A stretch of DNA of 64,000 nucleotides from Bilabrum cf. latius (taxonomy: Eukaryota). This document shows, in pieces, positions 26,741 through 41,800 of this stretch. The notes beneath the pieces are model-generated. The model did not search any database. It was not told where the DNA came from and saw nothing but the letters and a program-made list of their open reading frames with translations. The DNA lies in contig OZ237736.1 of assembly GCA_965178125.1 (NCBI GenBank), positions 558,001-622,000 of the forward strand. The letters run 5' to 3'. Position numbers and translations under genes: made by a program. The first letter of the stretch is position 1. The number at the start of each line of letters is the position of its first letter.

Positions 26741-28297
26741 TCAAGTTGTGGTAGAGAGGAGCTCAACGCACTCATCATGCCCATGAAGTCGAGCCGCATC
26801 CACCGCTGACATGATCTTAAATGTACCATCATACAGCTTTACGGTGCCTTGAGCATTCATGCCGCCCGCCAGCTTGCCCAGCCTCAGCCTCCTGGCCAGC
26901 TCCATGGGCCTCCCCTCGCTCGCTGCCTTGAACACCATGCCAGCGTCCCTCTAGGCGTCGGCGCCACGCCTCCAGCGTGCCATCGCATGCTTCCTTTTCG
27001 CACCAGATCCCCAGCACGACACGTTCCAAGGCACCTCTTTATCGCCATCTGGCCCCGCACAGAACAGCAGGAGCTCGTCGATGGCGGCCTGGTACCCACC
27101 CTTCGACCACCCGTGTGCCAGGGCAAACCAGGGGCCGAGTATCTGCAGCGTCTCCTTTGATTGACATTTTTTAGAGATTTCATCGCTGCCATCGCTGCCA
27201 TCGCTGCCATCGCTGCCATCGCTGCCATCGCCGCCATTGCCGAACAGACCGTCCCAATCGTCTGTGGAAGACGAGGACTGTGATGATCGTCCACTTGCCG
27301 GACTGTCGCTGCTAGCAGGGCCAGTCTCGTCTTTGCCCCTCGCCGATCCGTCTTGGAAACACCGCTCACTCAGACTAGACCGCTAGGAGGAGCAGCTACC
27401 GCAACTACACGGAGCATTGAGTCTTGCCCTGGCCCGCCGGGCAGGTTCGCTGCCGAACATGCCACCGTGCAATGCTTCAACGTATGGTGCCCCTAGTGGC
27501 ACGCCTGCGGGTGGGCGATCGACAGCCTGGATGCTTCGCGAGTAACTGCCTGGCATGCACGCACGGGCCTCTATTGTGGGGTCTGCGCCGTGGGCCAGTA
27601 GCAAGACCGCCGCGCAAGCGTCACCTCGCTAGCAAGCCGCCATCAGGGGAGTCGGGTTCTGATCCCAAGCATCCTGAGGGGGTCGCGACTGGTAGCAAAA
27701 TTGAGAGATTTTTCCTGCTAGCAACGGCGGGCATTTGCGTCGGGCGGTAAGGGTCCATGATGGGTCTCACCTCGGCCTCTATATGGGTGCAGTCAACATC
27801 CGCGCCCATGCTGCACAGGAGACGCACAGCGTCTGGGTGCCCATGCGCAGCAGCAAAATGCAGCGGAGTCATGCTGTACTGCGCTATGATCGGCATCAGG
27901 CGACTTCTGAATGTGCAAGAATCACAGGGGCTGCATTCAGGCTGGCCAACTTGGGATACCGATCGCGACTCTATCTTACCCCGCACCACCCATTGACGTC
28001 AAAACCAGTGGCTAGTAGCTCGTGAATACACTGCACTGCTCCTCTACTCGACGCAAAGTGCAGTAAATTGTCACCATTCATAGACATCTGCATTATTATT
28101 GCAGAATAGTCCGAAAGACGCACCGCGGTGCGCGGCAACATATTATTCAAGATGCATTCTTTGCGACCTTGGTGGATGTCTATGGAAACTCTTACCATTA
28201 CACGCTTGGCCTTATCGATGCCTTCCTTCGAGCTGAGCAGACTTGCAAGCGTTTTCGTCTTCTAGACTGCGTCCATGTACATCTGGTCCGAACTCAT
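26741..28297 (-). CDS. Ankyrin-repeat protein (predicted introns 28088-28195, 27879-27979, 27674-27770)
   Basis: Repeats GDNLLHFASSRGAVQCIHELLATGFDVN, MTPLHFAAAHGHPDAVRLLCSMGADVD, PTPLMAAC[TAG]RGDACAAVLLLAHGADP and SAVDAARLHGHDECVELL. GT-AG introns join the frames. Ends at TGA 26741-26743. Confidence 0.75.
27180..27240 (-). repeat. 9-bp coding minisatellite (CATCGCTGC)n encoding (GSD)n in the ankyrin gene
   Basis: About 6 tandem copies, some degenerate, visible at 27181-27240. Confidence 0.9.
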
Positions 28298-28498
28298 TGC
28301 GTGCCGCGGTATCTTATTCTCCCTGCTGACTACTGAAGGTAGTACTATTGCGGCTATTCAGCCCCGTCTTCCTTCAACAGTCTACTAACGTATCATAATC
28401 CATTCTTTGTGTGGTTTCCTTACCCTACTTAATGGTCCCGTATTCCGATATTATGGAACACGCCTGCTATCAGAATGATAGGTGCGAAACTTTGTGAA

Positions 28499-30015
28499 AT
28501 GAAAAGCTTATCGATTTTTTCACGCATATTGATTCTTGCCTCGTTGTCTGCTTTCATGGCAACAGCCCATGATTGGAACTCACCAATCATGGGTCCGGGC
28601 GAGAACGGCTGCAACACAACGCACTGCATGTACAACTGTAACCCCAAAACTGGAGATTGTGAGAAAGGCTGCGATTACGCGTGGGCAAACTTCCCAAAGT
28701 GTAATGTTCGGTGCAACGAGAATTGCGACCGAGCTACTTGTCGTACCCGAGCTGCGAGATGTCCTGCCCGACTGGCTGCCCCTCCGGATGCGATGTAACC
28801 ACCGGGGACTGCCCCCCGGGATCGTGTCCTGCTGGGTACGAAGGCGACAAGTGCCAGCTGCCCAAGGGTCTGGTGAAGGGGTGCGCTGAAATCGGCTCCA
28901 ACCTGCTTGCACGCATCGTGGCTAGGTTCAGGCAGCAGAGTTGCGCGGCCACCGCCGAGGACGTGCTGGAAGCATGCCTGGAAGACCTGCTTGATGCTAT
29001 TGCCGCCTCGGATGGGGCGGCCATCGTAATCGCACCGGAGGTGACGGGTTTCTGCGGGTCCCTATCGGCGTCCATACTGGCGGCGTGTGAGGCATCTGCC
29101 GGCAACACTGAAACGTTCGAGAAGCTTTCCGAATTGGCCCTGGATAAGGGCTGTGAGTACAGCCTGGATGCCTGGGGGTGGCTAAAGCGGCACCTGCATC
29201 CGTCGGTAGCCATGCGTGCCTTCCTAGCGCATGCGCCTGCTCTAGGCTCGGAGTCCGATGGGCCAGCCGGGCATGCTCCCTACGCTTTCTTTCCTCGCCC
29301 GTAGCATAGTGTCAGCAAGGGCATCGAGGCGCCACGACAGCAGCCTCCGTTCCCACCATGCTTCAGCGCGAACATCTCGACCACGATTGCACGCGATGGA
29401 GTACCGGCACCAGGTAGCGAGCTGCGATCTTCAATGCTCTGGAACAGCTCCGCTGGTGCCCTTGTGCTCAATGGTGTGTCGATCAACGGAACGGTCACGG
29501 CCAGCCAGCTCAGGATGTCCTGCCCCGCCGATCCACAGCAGGCAACTGCGACGCTAAAGACAACGGTTGCCGCGGGCAGGCGCCGGACATACAAGGGGCA
29601 GAGGTGCTTCGTAGGGAAAAATTTTGCGGCGCAGGCCGCCGCCATGGCCGCCAATGTATCGATGGGCGCCAGCTGGTAGGTCCAGGCAGCCGCAGGGCCT
29701 GGCGGCCGTGGCCACTCTGCGGTGGCTGCGGCCACTGGTACCGTGGTGACCGACTGTGTTTGGAGAGTAGAGGGTCCCGGATCCCAGTGGGTTGCTGTCG
29801 CCGGCAACCTGACTGGCTCGGCTGTGGGGGGCAGGCGCGATGCACCAGTGCCCTCGTCCACTGCGAGTGGGAATTGCTCGCTCGCCGGCCTTCACAGCAG
29901 GCAGGGGGGCGCACCGGCGGGCGCTGGATTCGTCCCGGCGTACATCGAGACCGGGACGAACGAGAGCTCGGTTACGATCAGAACCGTTTTTGAGGGATTC
30001 AAGGTACTTGTGTGA
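28499..30015 (+). CDS. Secreted Cys-rich (EGF/laminin-EGF-like repeats) protein; frameshift near 28740
   Basis: Signal peptide MKSLSIFSRILILASLSAFMATA. Cys repeats (CNPKTGDCEKGC; CDVTTGDCPPGSCPAGYEGDKC) lie in two frames. ORFs 28711, 29434 and 29722 are joined by TAG 29302 and 29677. Ends at TGA 30013-30015. Confidence 0.6.
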
Positions 30016-30158
30016 GAAAATAAGAGCCTAGATGGAGCTCTCTAGCAATTTATTCACACACCGCTGTCTAGCGAAAGGCTTGGTTGCCCATATTCCATCG
30101 CGCAGCCGGAGCCGCCGTTTTGTGCGGGGTTGTGGGCGGCGCCGCGCCAACTTGTTGA

Positions 30159-33812
<3,654 letters not shown>

Positions 33813-34192
33813 GCACAACTGCTGTTGTGCTAGGTCCTATCCCAAGGGGCGATCGCGACGGGCATTCAGGCTGGGTACTGACCCCACAAGCAGGTTGCAG
33901 TGGTACTATTAGGGCATGGCGTGAGGCCCGATACGTATAAGTATCGAGCACCAGCTTGGTCGGAGCAGGAACAGGGCAGCGACGAGCTGGCGCAGACTAA
34001 TACACATTTTTGTTGTTGAGTGCACATTCGGAGACGCAAGATGTGTCTTTCGCGCTGATACGAATCGGATCCACCACTCCTCCAGGCTACCTTAGGTAAG
34101 GCTAGCAGGCCCTCCTCGTATGAACTGTACCGTAATGCATTCACGGCCTGCCCACTGTTGCTGATGGCCGTCTGTAGTTCAATTGCAACCGC

Positions 34193-35497
34193 ATGTGTAG
34201 TGTTCTTCCTGCCGAGATGCGGTCCCGCATGCTTTCTCTCCTGGATCCTACTCCCATGTCTGATTCGTCGCAGCAGGCTTCTGTTATGAACTCCATCATT
34301 GCTGTGGGGTCGCTCGTGTCTCAGTACCTGGTTTCCATCCATGACGCCGTCGCTACCTTTGAGCGCACAAACCCTACGATCGTGGCACTGAACGATCAAA
34401 TCAGGGGATTTGAACGGGCAGCTGTGAGGTCAGTTTCGTCGCAATTCGATGAAATTGTGTTCTCTCCTGGGGCAGATCCCCGGACGAACCAGTGGGCACT
34501 GATGGAGCCAGCCCTCCCGTTGCTCCTCGCCGCTGGTTACCTTGTTGGCGTCGGAGCCTCGTGCTTCGTCTCCAGCAAGATCGGAAAGGCAGCCAAGCAT
34601 AACCCGAAGAACTTCTCCGTCGTCTACAACATCGTGATGGTGGCACTGAGCCTGTACATGTCGGTGGAGACCGTGCTCGCTGCTCGCGAAGCGTTCGGTT
34701 GGGACAAGGAGAGGGACCCGCGCCTGGAGGGCCTGCTAACGGTCCAGCTTCCAGGTGCCCCAGGATTCTCGTGGTTAGGCAATGCCATGGATGGGCAGGG
34801 TGGCGATCGCAGTGCCTGGGCCACTCCCGGAGGCCGCCGTCTGGCCTACGTGCTGTACATCCACTACATCTCCAAGTACGTCGAGTTCGTGGACACCTTC
34901 CTGATGATCCTGAGGCAGTCTTGGTCGCAGATCTCATTCCTGCACGTGTACCACCACGCCAGCACCGCGCTGTCCTGGTACCTGATCATGCGTTACAACC
35001 CAGGAGGCGAGTGCTACTGGGTGAGCGCCGCCAACAGCATGGTACACGTGTTCATGTACAGCTACTACGCGTTCGCGGCCGCAGGGTTCAGCGCGCGCAA
35101 GTTCGGCTTCATGAAGGCGTGCAAGCCGTGGATCACGCGCACGCAGATGGCGCAGTTCGTGTCATTCCTGGTGCAGTCGATCTTCCTCGCGATCGGAACC
35201 AAGCAGCCCGTCATCCTCCCTCGCTTGCCGGTAGCCCTGGAGTTCTTCCAGGGAGCCATGTTCCTCACGCTCTTCTCCATGTTCTACCTGGAGGACCGCC
35301 GCAAGGCGATGCAGGCGAGCGTGGAGAAGAAGGCGAGCGCGGCAACTGCCCCGCTGGTCGTCGAGGACGTCCCGGGGACGTCCCGTCCGGCGCACCGTGT
35401 TGTCGACGAGTCCGAATCGAAGGAGGCCGATACCAGCGACTCCAAGGCATCCGGGGTGAGGCAGCGCCGGGGCGGCCGTGTAGCCATTGCGGAATGA
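34193..35497 (+). CDS. Fatty-acid elongase (ELO/GNS1/SUR4 family); start codon uncertain
   Basis: SKYVEFVDTFLMIL, QISFLHVYHH histidine box, NSMVHVFMYSYY and ITRTQMAQF motifs; several TM segments; ends in TGA. Confidence 0.93.
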   Translation: MCSVLPAEMRSRMLSLLDPTPMSDSSQQASVMNSIIAVGSLVSQYLVSIHDAVATFERTNPTIVALNDQIRGFERAAVRSVSSQFDEIVFSPGADPRTNQWALMEPALPLLLAAGYLVGVGASCFVSSKIGKAAKHNPKNFSVVYNIVMVALSLYMSVETVLAAREAFGWDKERDPRLEGLLTVQLPGAPGFSWLGNAMDGQGGDRSAWATPGGRRLAYVLYIHYISKYVEFVDTFLMILRQSWSQISFLHVYHHASTALSWYLIMRYNPGGECYWVSAANSMVHVFMYSYYAFAAAGFSARKFGFMKACKPWITRTQMAQFVSFLVQSIFLAIGTKQPVILPRLPVALEFFQGAMFLTLFSMFYLEDRRKAMQASVEKKASAATAPLVVEDVPGTSRPAHRVVDESESKEADTSDSKASGVRQRRGGRVAIAE

Positions 35498-35892
35498 TTG
35501 CTCTCATCGGTCGCTCGCATCTTGCATTTTGACTTGCTGCTTCCACTGCTGGACTACCATCTGGGAATTATGACAGTTTACATCAGAAATCCTGAATTGC
35601 TTCGTGGAATCGTCTCGATTTCACGCAGGAAATATTGCAAGTTTGAGTTTTTCAAAACTACACACAACCTTGAAATAAGATTGCGACCAATTGCGACCAA
35701 TGTGCCAGGTTTGTGTCGACAACGGTGCAGCGACCGTATAATAGCCAGATACTCACGCTATCAAAACGTTTTCACCATTTCCCCCACGATTATTGATAGC
35801 AAGTCTTACAAATTAGCCTCTTTTGTGGAAGCATTCCATTTTGATAACTTTTCCTGCGTTGGGAGCGAGGGACTTCGTGCAAGCGGCCGCAG

Positions 35893-38800
35893 ATGGCGCT
35901 TCATATGACTAGACTATCTGGAGCCAGGCAGCCAAGTTCATCCCATGGTGCTGGTGGGAGATACCGCGGTGGTTCCTCATATGCGGAGAATGCTAGAAGG
36001 TCTGGCATGGTCAATATGACGGCACTCTCCAGAGCAGACGCAGACCAGCAAGAAATGGATCGACGACAAGCTGTTACACGGCGGATTCGAGGACAATTTG
36101 ATGTTTCAGCGGATGATCATGACCTTGGAGCGCCTGTTGCCAATACTCCATCCGGTGGCTGGCACATGCTTCGTGGGATAGCAGCAATGCTAACATTCGG
36201 TGGAAATGGTGACAGACAGAACGACGGCGAAGCTGGAAATGCTTCGGACGGTTCCGACGATATGGTGCAAGCTCTTGATGGTACGGTTGATGTTAAGTCT
36301 CTCCGAGGAAACGAGACAAAGCGCTTGCCGTCTGGCTCAGTTGCCTCTTTAGGTTTTGCTAGCGATTCTGATGATTCCACCGGCAGTCGGACAGCAAGCG
36401 GTAGGTTTGATACCATGGATTAGAATAGCGTGCAGTTCAATAGCGTCGGCGGATCGAGATAGCGTGGACGAAGGCGAATTCGTTCTTCCGGGACGTCTTC
36501 CCAGAGGCAATCCACGGAAGCAGACGCAGCGATTGCCGAGGCGCTCGACATTGGCGAGGAGGGAGGCGGCACCATTTCTGGAGTTCGTGGGCGACTTCGT
36601 TCCATCACTGAACGCGTTGGAGGCGGCAGGCGCTTCAGCACGGTGGCCGGACAGTCCGATGATCCGGAGCTCGCCCAAGCCATCCAGGACGCAACGGCAC
36701 AGCAGAGGGGAGCATCTGGACCAGCGCCAGCTGGGCTGACCACTAGGGCTCTCGCACAGCAGGCTGAGTCTAGACGGTTGCAAGAGCAGGTGCACTAGCG
36801 CAGAATTGCCATGCAGCGCGGCACCAGCCGAAGGCAGCAGCAGCGGCCCTCACGGGGCTCCCAGTTTGGCTCGCGACAGCACACTGGCAATTCCTTTATC
36901 ATGGAGGGAGCAAGCAAGACGCCTTCCTCCGATCGATTGCCTTCGTCAGGAGAGCCGTTGGAGGGGATCGACAACCCAGCAGGCTCACCAGATACCAAGC
37001 GGGGCCCCGGCGGTGCCGAAGCCAAGTATAGGCTTAAGCGGGAAGGCGGCGCACCGCGAGGAGTGCTCAAGAATGCGCCGAGATCCTTGCGAAAAAGGGC
37101 ATCGAGGCGGCGACATAGTAATGCCTCCGACGCCGCAGACTCTGATGCGGTCCTGCATCACCACAAGCAGATTTTCGAGACTATGGACCAGGGTGACGAG
37201 ACCCTCGAGCACGACGACTTGCACAACGCATTCAAGGAAGGCAACCTGCTCGATTCAAATAACGTGAAGGTGGGCCCCTCCTGTCGCGCGCAGGTACAGC
37301 ACCTTATGATTGCCACAAGCTTCGGCGTCGGTCTCGATCTCGGGAACGCCTTGCTGTCGCTTGCTGCCTGCTTCCTCTACGTGATCGAGACATACATGAT
37401 TCCGAACGGGACTGCAGACACGCCCTTCGAAAGAGATGCCGAAACGGTCATCAGCATCAGCGAGATGTCGCTGTCAGCATTCTTTACCGTGGATTTCTTG
37501 CTGCGGCTCTTCATCACAGAGCCATTCTACAACTTTCTGTTGACGTGGAACGCCCTCCTGGACTTGCTCACGATCATCCCAGTGTTTGTGACGGCATTCA
37601 TCACGACGTAGAACACAGACGCTGCCGCTTTTCTGTCGATTCTTGCGCTCGCAAGGGTTTTCAGGGTTCTGCGTATCATAAGGCTGTACCGCACGTTCGA
37701 GGTGAGATTCAGAGATTTGAAAGCAGAGAAGCACCAGTGCCTAGCAAACGGGTGCACGCCAATATATTTCCGTTTCTTTGATCCCTCCCCCCACCTTCGC
37801 AGTACATCGAAAACGAAGTGACAAAGCAGTCAGTGAGGATCGGGCTCACCATCATGAGTCTGCTGTTCGTGGCTGCTGGCCTGTTCCAAATCACGGAGAG
37901 CTTCAATTTTACCGGCGATGAAACAGAAGGCATCAGCTTCTTCGAGTCCCTGTGGTTCTGCGTAGTGACCATTACCACGGTGGGGTACGGTGACGTGGCC
38001 CCAACCAACGACGCTGGCCGGGCTCTAGTGATCATCATCATCCTCACTGCGTTCTTCGCCATCCCTTTGGAGACGAACAAGCTGCTCGAGTTGCTGGCGC
38101 ACCAGTCAGAGTACGCTCTAGCCTACTACACGCCGCCAGAAAAGTCTTCGAGAGAGGCCACATTCGTGCAAGTACTGGTTGTCGGCAACGTCCACTCGGC
38201 GTCAATTCAGGATTTCTTCAGAGAGTTGCTTCACCCCGACCACAGCGTGTCCGTGCATGTCGTGGTGCTACATCCGATGCACCCCTCTGACTACATTTTG
38301 GACATCATGGCAGAGCCCGAGATGGAACAAAAAATCACCTACATCCAGGGGTCGCCCATGCATGGCAAGGACCTCATCAGAGCGCACATCCACACAGCCG
38401 ACGGGTGCTTTATCCTGACCAACAAGCTCACGGTATCGCCGGAGGCAGAGGATGCATCTGCCATGCTCACTGCCCTTGGCATCAAGAAGCACGTGATGTC
38501 GCATGGAGCTCACGATATCAACATGTACATGCAGCTGATCAAGCCTGAATCCAAGAGGCATCTAATGGCTACCATGCCACCGGAGATGAGCCTCACTGTC
38601 GTGTGTACAGAGCAGCTGACGATGAATCTTCTTTCTATGAACGTGGTCTGTCCCGGCTTGAACACGATGTTGTTCAACCTGATGGCCAGTGACGACTCGG
38701 GAGAACCAACTCCTGATGAACTGCTCATTGAAGGGGGGGATCGATTGGAGGACTAGCGGTGGTACCAAGAGTACAGGCGAGGCAAGGGCTTTGAGATCTA

Positions 38801-41800
38801 CCGGACCAGCTTGTCGAAGGCGTTTGCTTTGATTCCCTTTTACCTTGCCGCTGACGTGGTCTACCGCCATACCTCTGCCATGATGTTCGGGCTGGAGCTG
38901 AGCGACCAGTTCGCTGACGGTTACGAGGAGCAGATTAGGATTGTCTTGAACCCAGGGGCCATGCCAATTCCTGCCCAGAAAGGGGTAAGGGTGAAGGCTT
39001 TCGTGATTGCCTCGGATAAAGCGACCGCTGACCTGGTCGGGCTGGGGCACGCTCGTGCCAAGAAGGACACCATCTCAGCGTCGGCGAACAAATCGCTGCA
39101 GGAGCTAAGGAAGAAACTCGAGTACATCAAGGAGCAGCTGACGTCAAACAAAACCTTCAGAAAGAAGGTCAAACGTGTTCGGCGTAAGTCCCATGGCATG
39201 GGATCTCTTCAAGTTCTTGATCAGTCGAAGCTGGATGTCGCGGCACTCCAGGCACTTGGCGGCGGCGGACCCAATTTGCCGCCAGGGTACCGCATGCGGT
39301 CTGCAGGTGGCTCAAAGGAGTACAGCGGGCTACCGGCCAAGGAGTTAAGTACAGAGCAGAGCGGGACGAAGTCGGCTAGGCTGGAGTCGTCTGACACTCC
39401 AACAGTTCCCGGTCCCGCCGCGATCTCTCCAACGAGATCCAGGGTCGTTAAACTCAAAAAGCTTGACTCGTCTGCTGAGGTACCTGACCAGCCATTCCGC
39501 CCCCCGATGACTGTCGCAGCCATGGACGCTCACCAGAGGGAGCTGCTGGGGCGCAGGTCTCAGCAGCAGGGCACCGCATCGTTGCGACGAGGCTCCGGAA
39601 GCGGCATCGTGGCGCGGCAGCCGTTCACAACCACGAACCGAGACGGGGCCGGCGCGATGGATAGGGCAGCTGGCAGAACCAGTACGTTTGGATTCAATAC
39701 CGCGCAAGCCGAGTTTGGACCAGGCGCCTCGGTTCAAGCTGCCGGTTCATCGGAGGGTGAAGGTCAAGGAGGAGGCAAACAGTTCAAGTTCGGCAGCGGG
39801 AGCGAGAAAGCGGTTGATATTACGGACAAACCCATCGCAGGAACAGCCGACAGCAAGTCTGCGGCCAAACCGAGGCTTTCAGTTGATGTAGATGTGTCTG
39901 ACAGTGTTCCAGTCGCAGCAAGTAGCCTCGGCGAGGACAGGCCGCCGGCCACAGCCACTGGACATGCTGGATCTGGAAGTGACGAGAATGCAGCTTTGTT
40001 GCCCGGTGCGGTGCCCAGCAACGGGTCTATCGAAGGTGAAATCGAGACCGGAGGAGAGTCTCTGCATCTAACCAGCCCGGCAGGCCAGCGGATTGATGGC
40101 GAAGTCGTTACGCCCGCTGGTGACTCCCTGGAGCTGTCGGTTGAAATGGAACCCCACAAGAAGATTCCTGCGCCTGTTTCTGGTGCTGAAGCGCCTGATG
40201 GTAGTGTAGAACAGGAAAATGCCAGTGCAAGAGAAGGCCAGGGCCCGCAATTGCACATCAAGCGCCGGTCGAGGGTGTCAGTTGTTGCTCTCGGGGTCGA
40301 CTCGGACGAGAGTGAATCTGGCTCAGGCTCCGGTTCTGACGGTCTGGATGAGACGGACTCTGGTCCTATCGCACAGGCCCAGAGACTCAAAAACAAGGGC
40401 ATCAGCAATGCGAGCCCGATGCCTGCAGATGCTGCTTCCAATCGAGAGATTCCGGAGGCTTCCGGCGGTGCAACCGTCGCCCCAGAGAAGTTGCAGAAAG
40501 CAATGGTTAGAACATCTACTGCGAGCGGGGGTGGAAGTGCGGCTGGAGTGAAGTCTTCCACGACAGGTCCAGCATCTTCTGTCGCCCCGTCAGATGCAAG
40601 AGCCCTTCGCGCGGAGCTCGTTCAGGTGAAGGACATTGTGGTCTCATCGAGCGGCTCGGGTGCGTCGGAACGGGAGGCCCACTCAGGAGATACAAACCTG
40701 TCTGGCGAGTCACCACATGATTCGTTCCGCTTGCAACGTGCTTCGGGCAGGCCAAACGCACAGCATCCTTCGAGACCTTGCCGTCCTGGCACTACATCAG
40801 CTGGTAGAGCTTTGCTCCGTCAACACGGCGCATCGCACCGGTCGACCAGTTCCCCGCGCCCTCCTCGCCGTCTGGTGGCGGACCACCCTCCACTTGTAGC
40901 CAAGTACAACTCCGATGATGACATGGGCATTCGCATCGCCGCTTTTAGGCTAGACAACATTGTGGCGAGGCTGAAGCCAGAGGGCAAGCGACTCGCTCGA
41001 ATGGCCGATGACTTCGCCCCGGTAGCCACTAGGACACCTCCGCGGCGCAGACCCCCAAGCGGCCGGAAAGCCAAGCCGGCCAGACCAGTGCCACCAGGAG
41101 GATTCCGGTCTAGCGTTCGGGCGGAGGCGGGGAGTATGTAGAAAGTGCCTTCGAAGAGCAGCATGCGACGTAGCAGCGTCTCGGGAACTGGGATCGAGCG
41201 TCGAACTGGCATGCGGCAGAGACGCCTGTCTTGGGACCCAAACCTTGACCGTTCAGGTGCGAGACTTCTGCAAGAAAGCGTTGGGTTTGCTGGATCGAGC
41301 CAAGAGGATGATGGCGGTGTGCATCACCAAGCCTTGCAGCCTGCTGCCGGAAGCAGAGGTGCCGCTGTCCGGCGCAGCGTGTCCGCCGAGGAGCATGGCG
41401 TCACCGAACCATCTAAACCCGGTTTTGTCGGCGACAAGGAGTCATCAGGGCCGTCTCACGCTCTATCGTCTTCCATGGGGCAGTCAGGCACAACGATCGG
41501 CAGCAGCATATCCAGGCATCGCTCGAAGGCAACTCCACGGGAACTGCAATCGCCTCAGCCCGCTGGTGGGCTTGCGCTCACACCTCACATCGGGCCCTCG
41601 AAGTCCCTGTCGGCAAGCTCTGCTTGGCTAGATGCTGTCCTTGAGAAGCCACAGGACAGATAGAAGCGAGGGAGGGAGACGATGGACCTTTGGACAACCC
41701 AAGGCATTGCGTCCGCTCACCACGGCCTCGGGTTCGTGGAGAAGGCCTTGCCCGAGCAGCTGTGGGTGCAGCACTTCGTTGAGAAGGCAAAGCGATTAAA

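Noticed and set aside
34193-35497. Elongase avoids TAG (0 of 17 Gln codons), suggesting expression-linked bias
   Set aside because: TAG is a minority Gln codon in the other genes, so zero of 17 is not informative.
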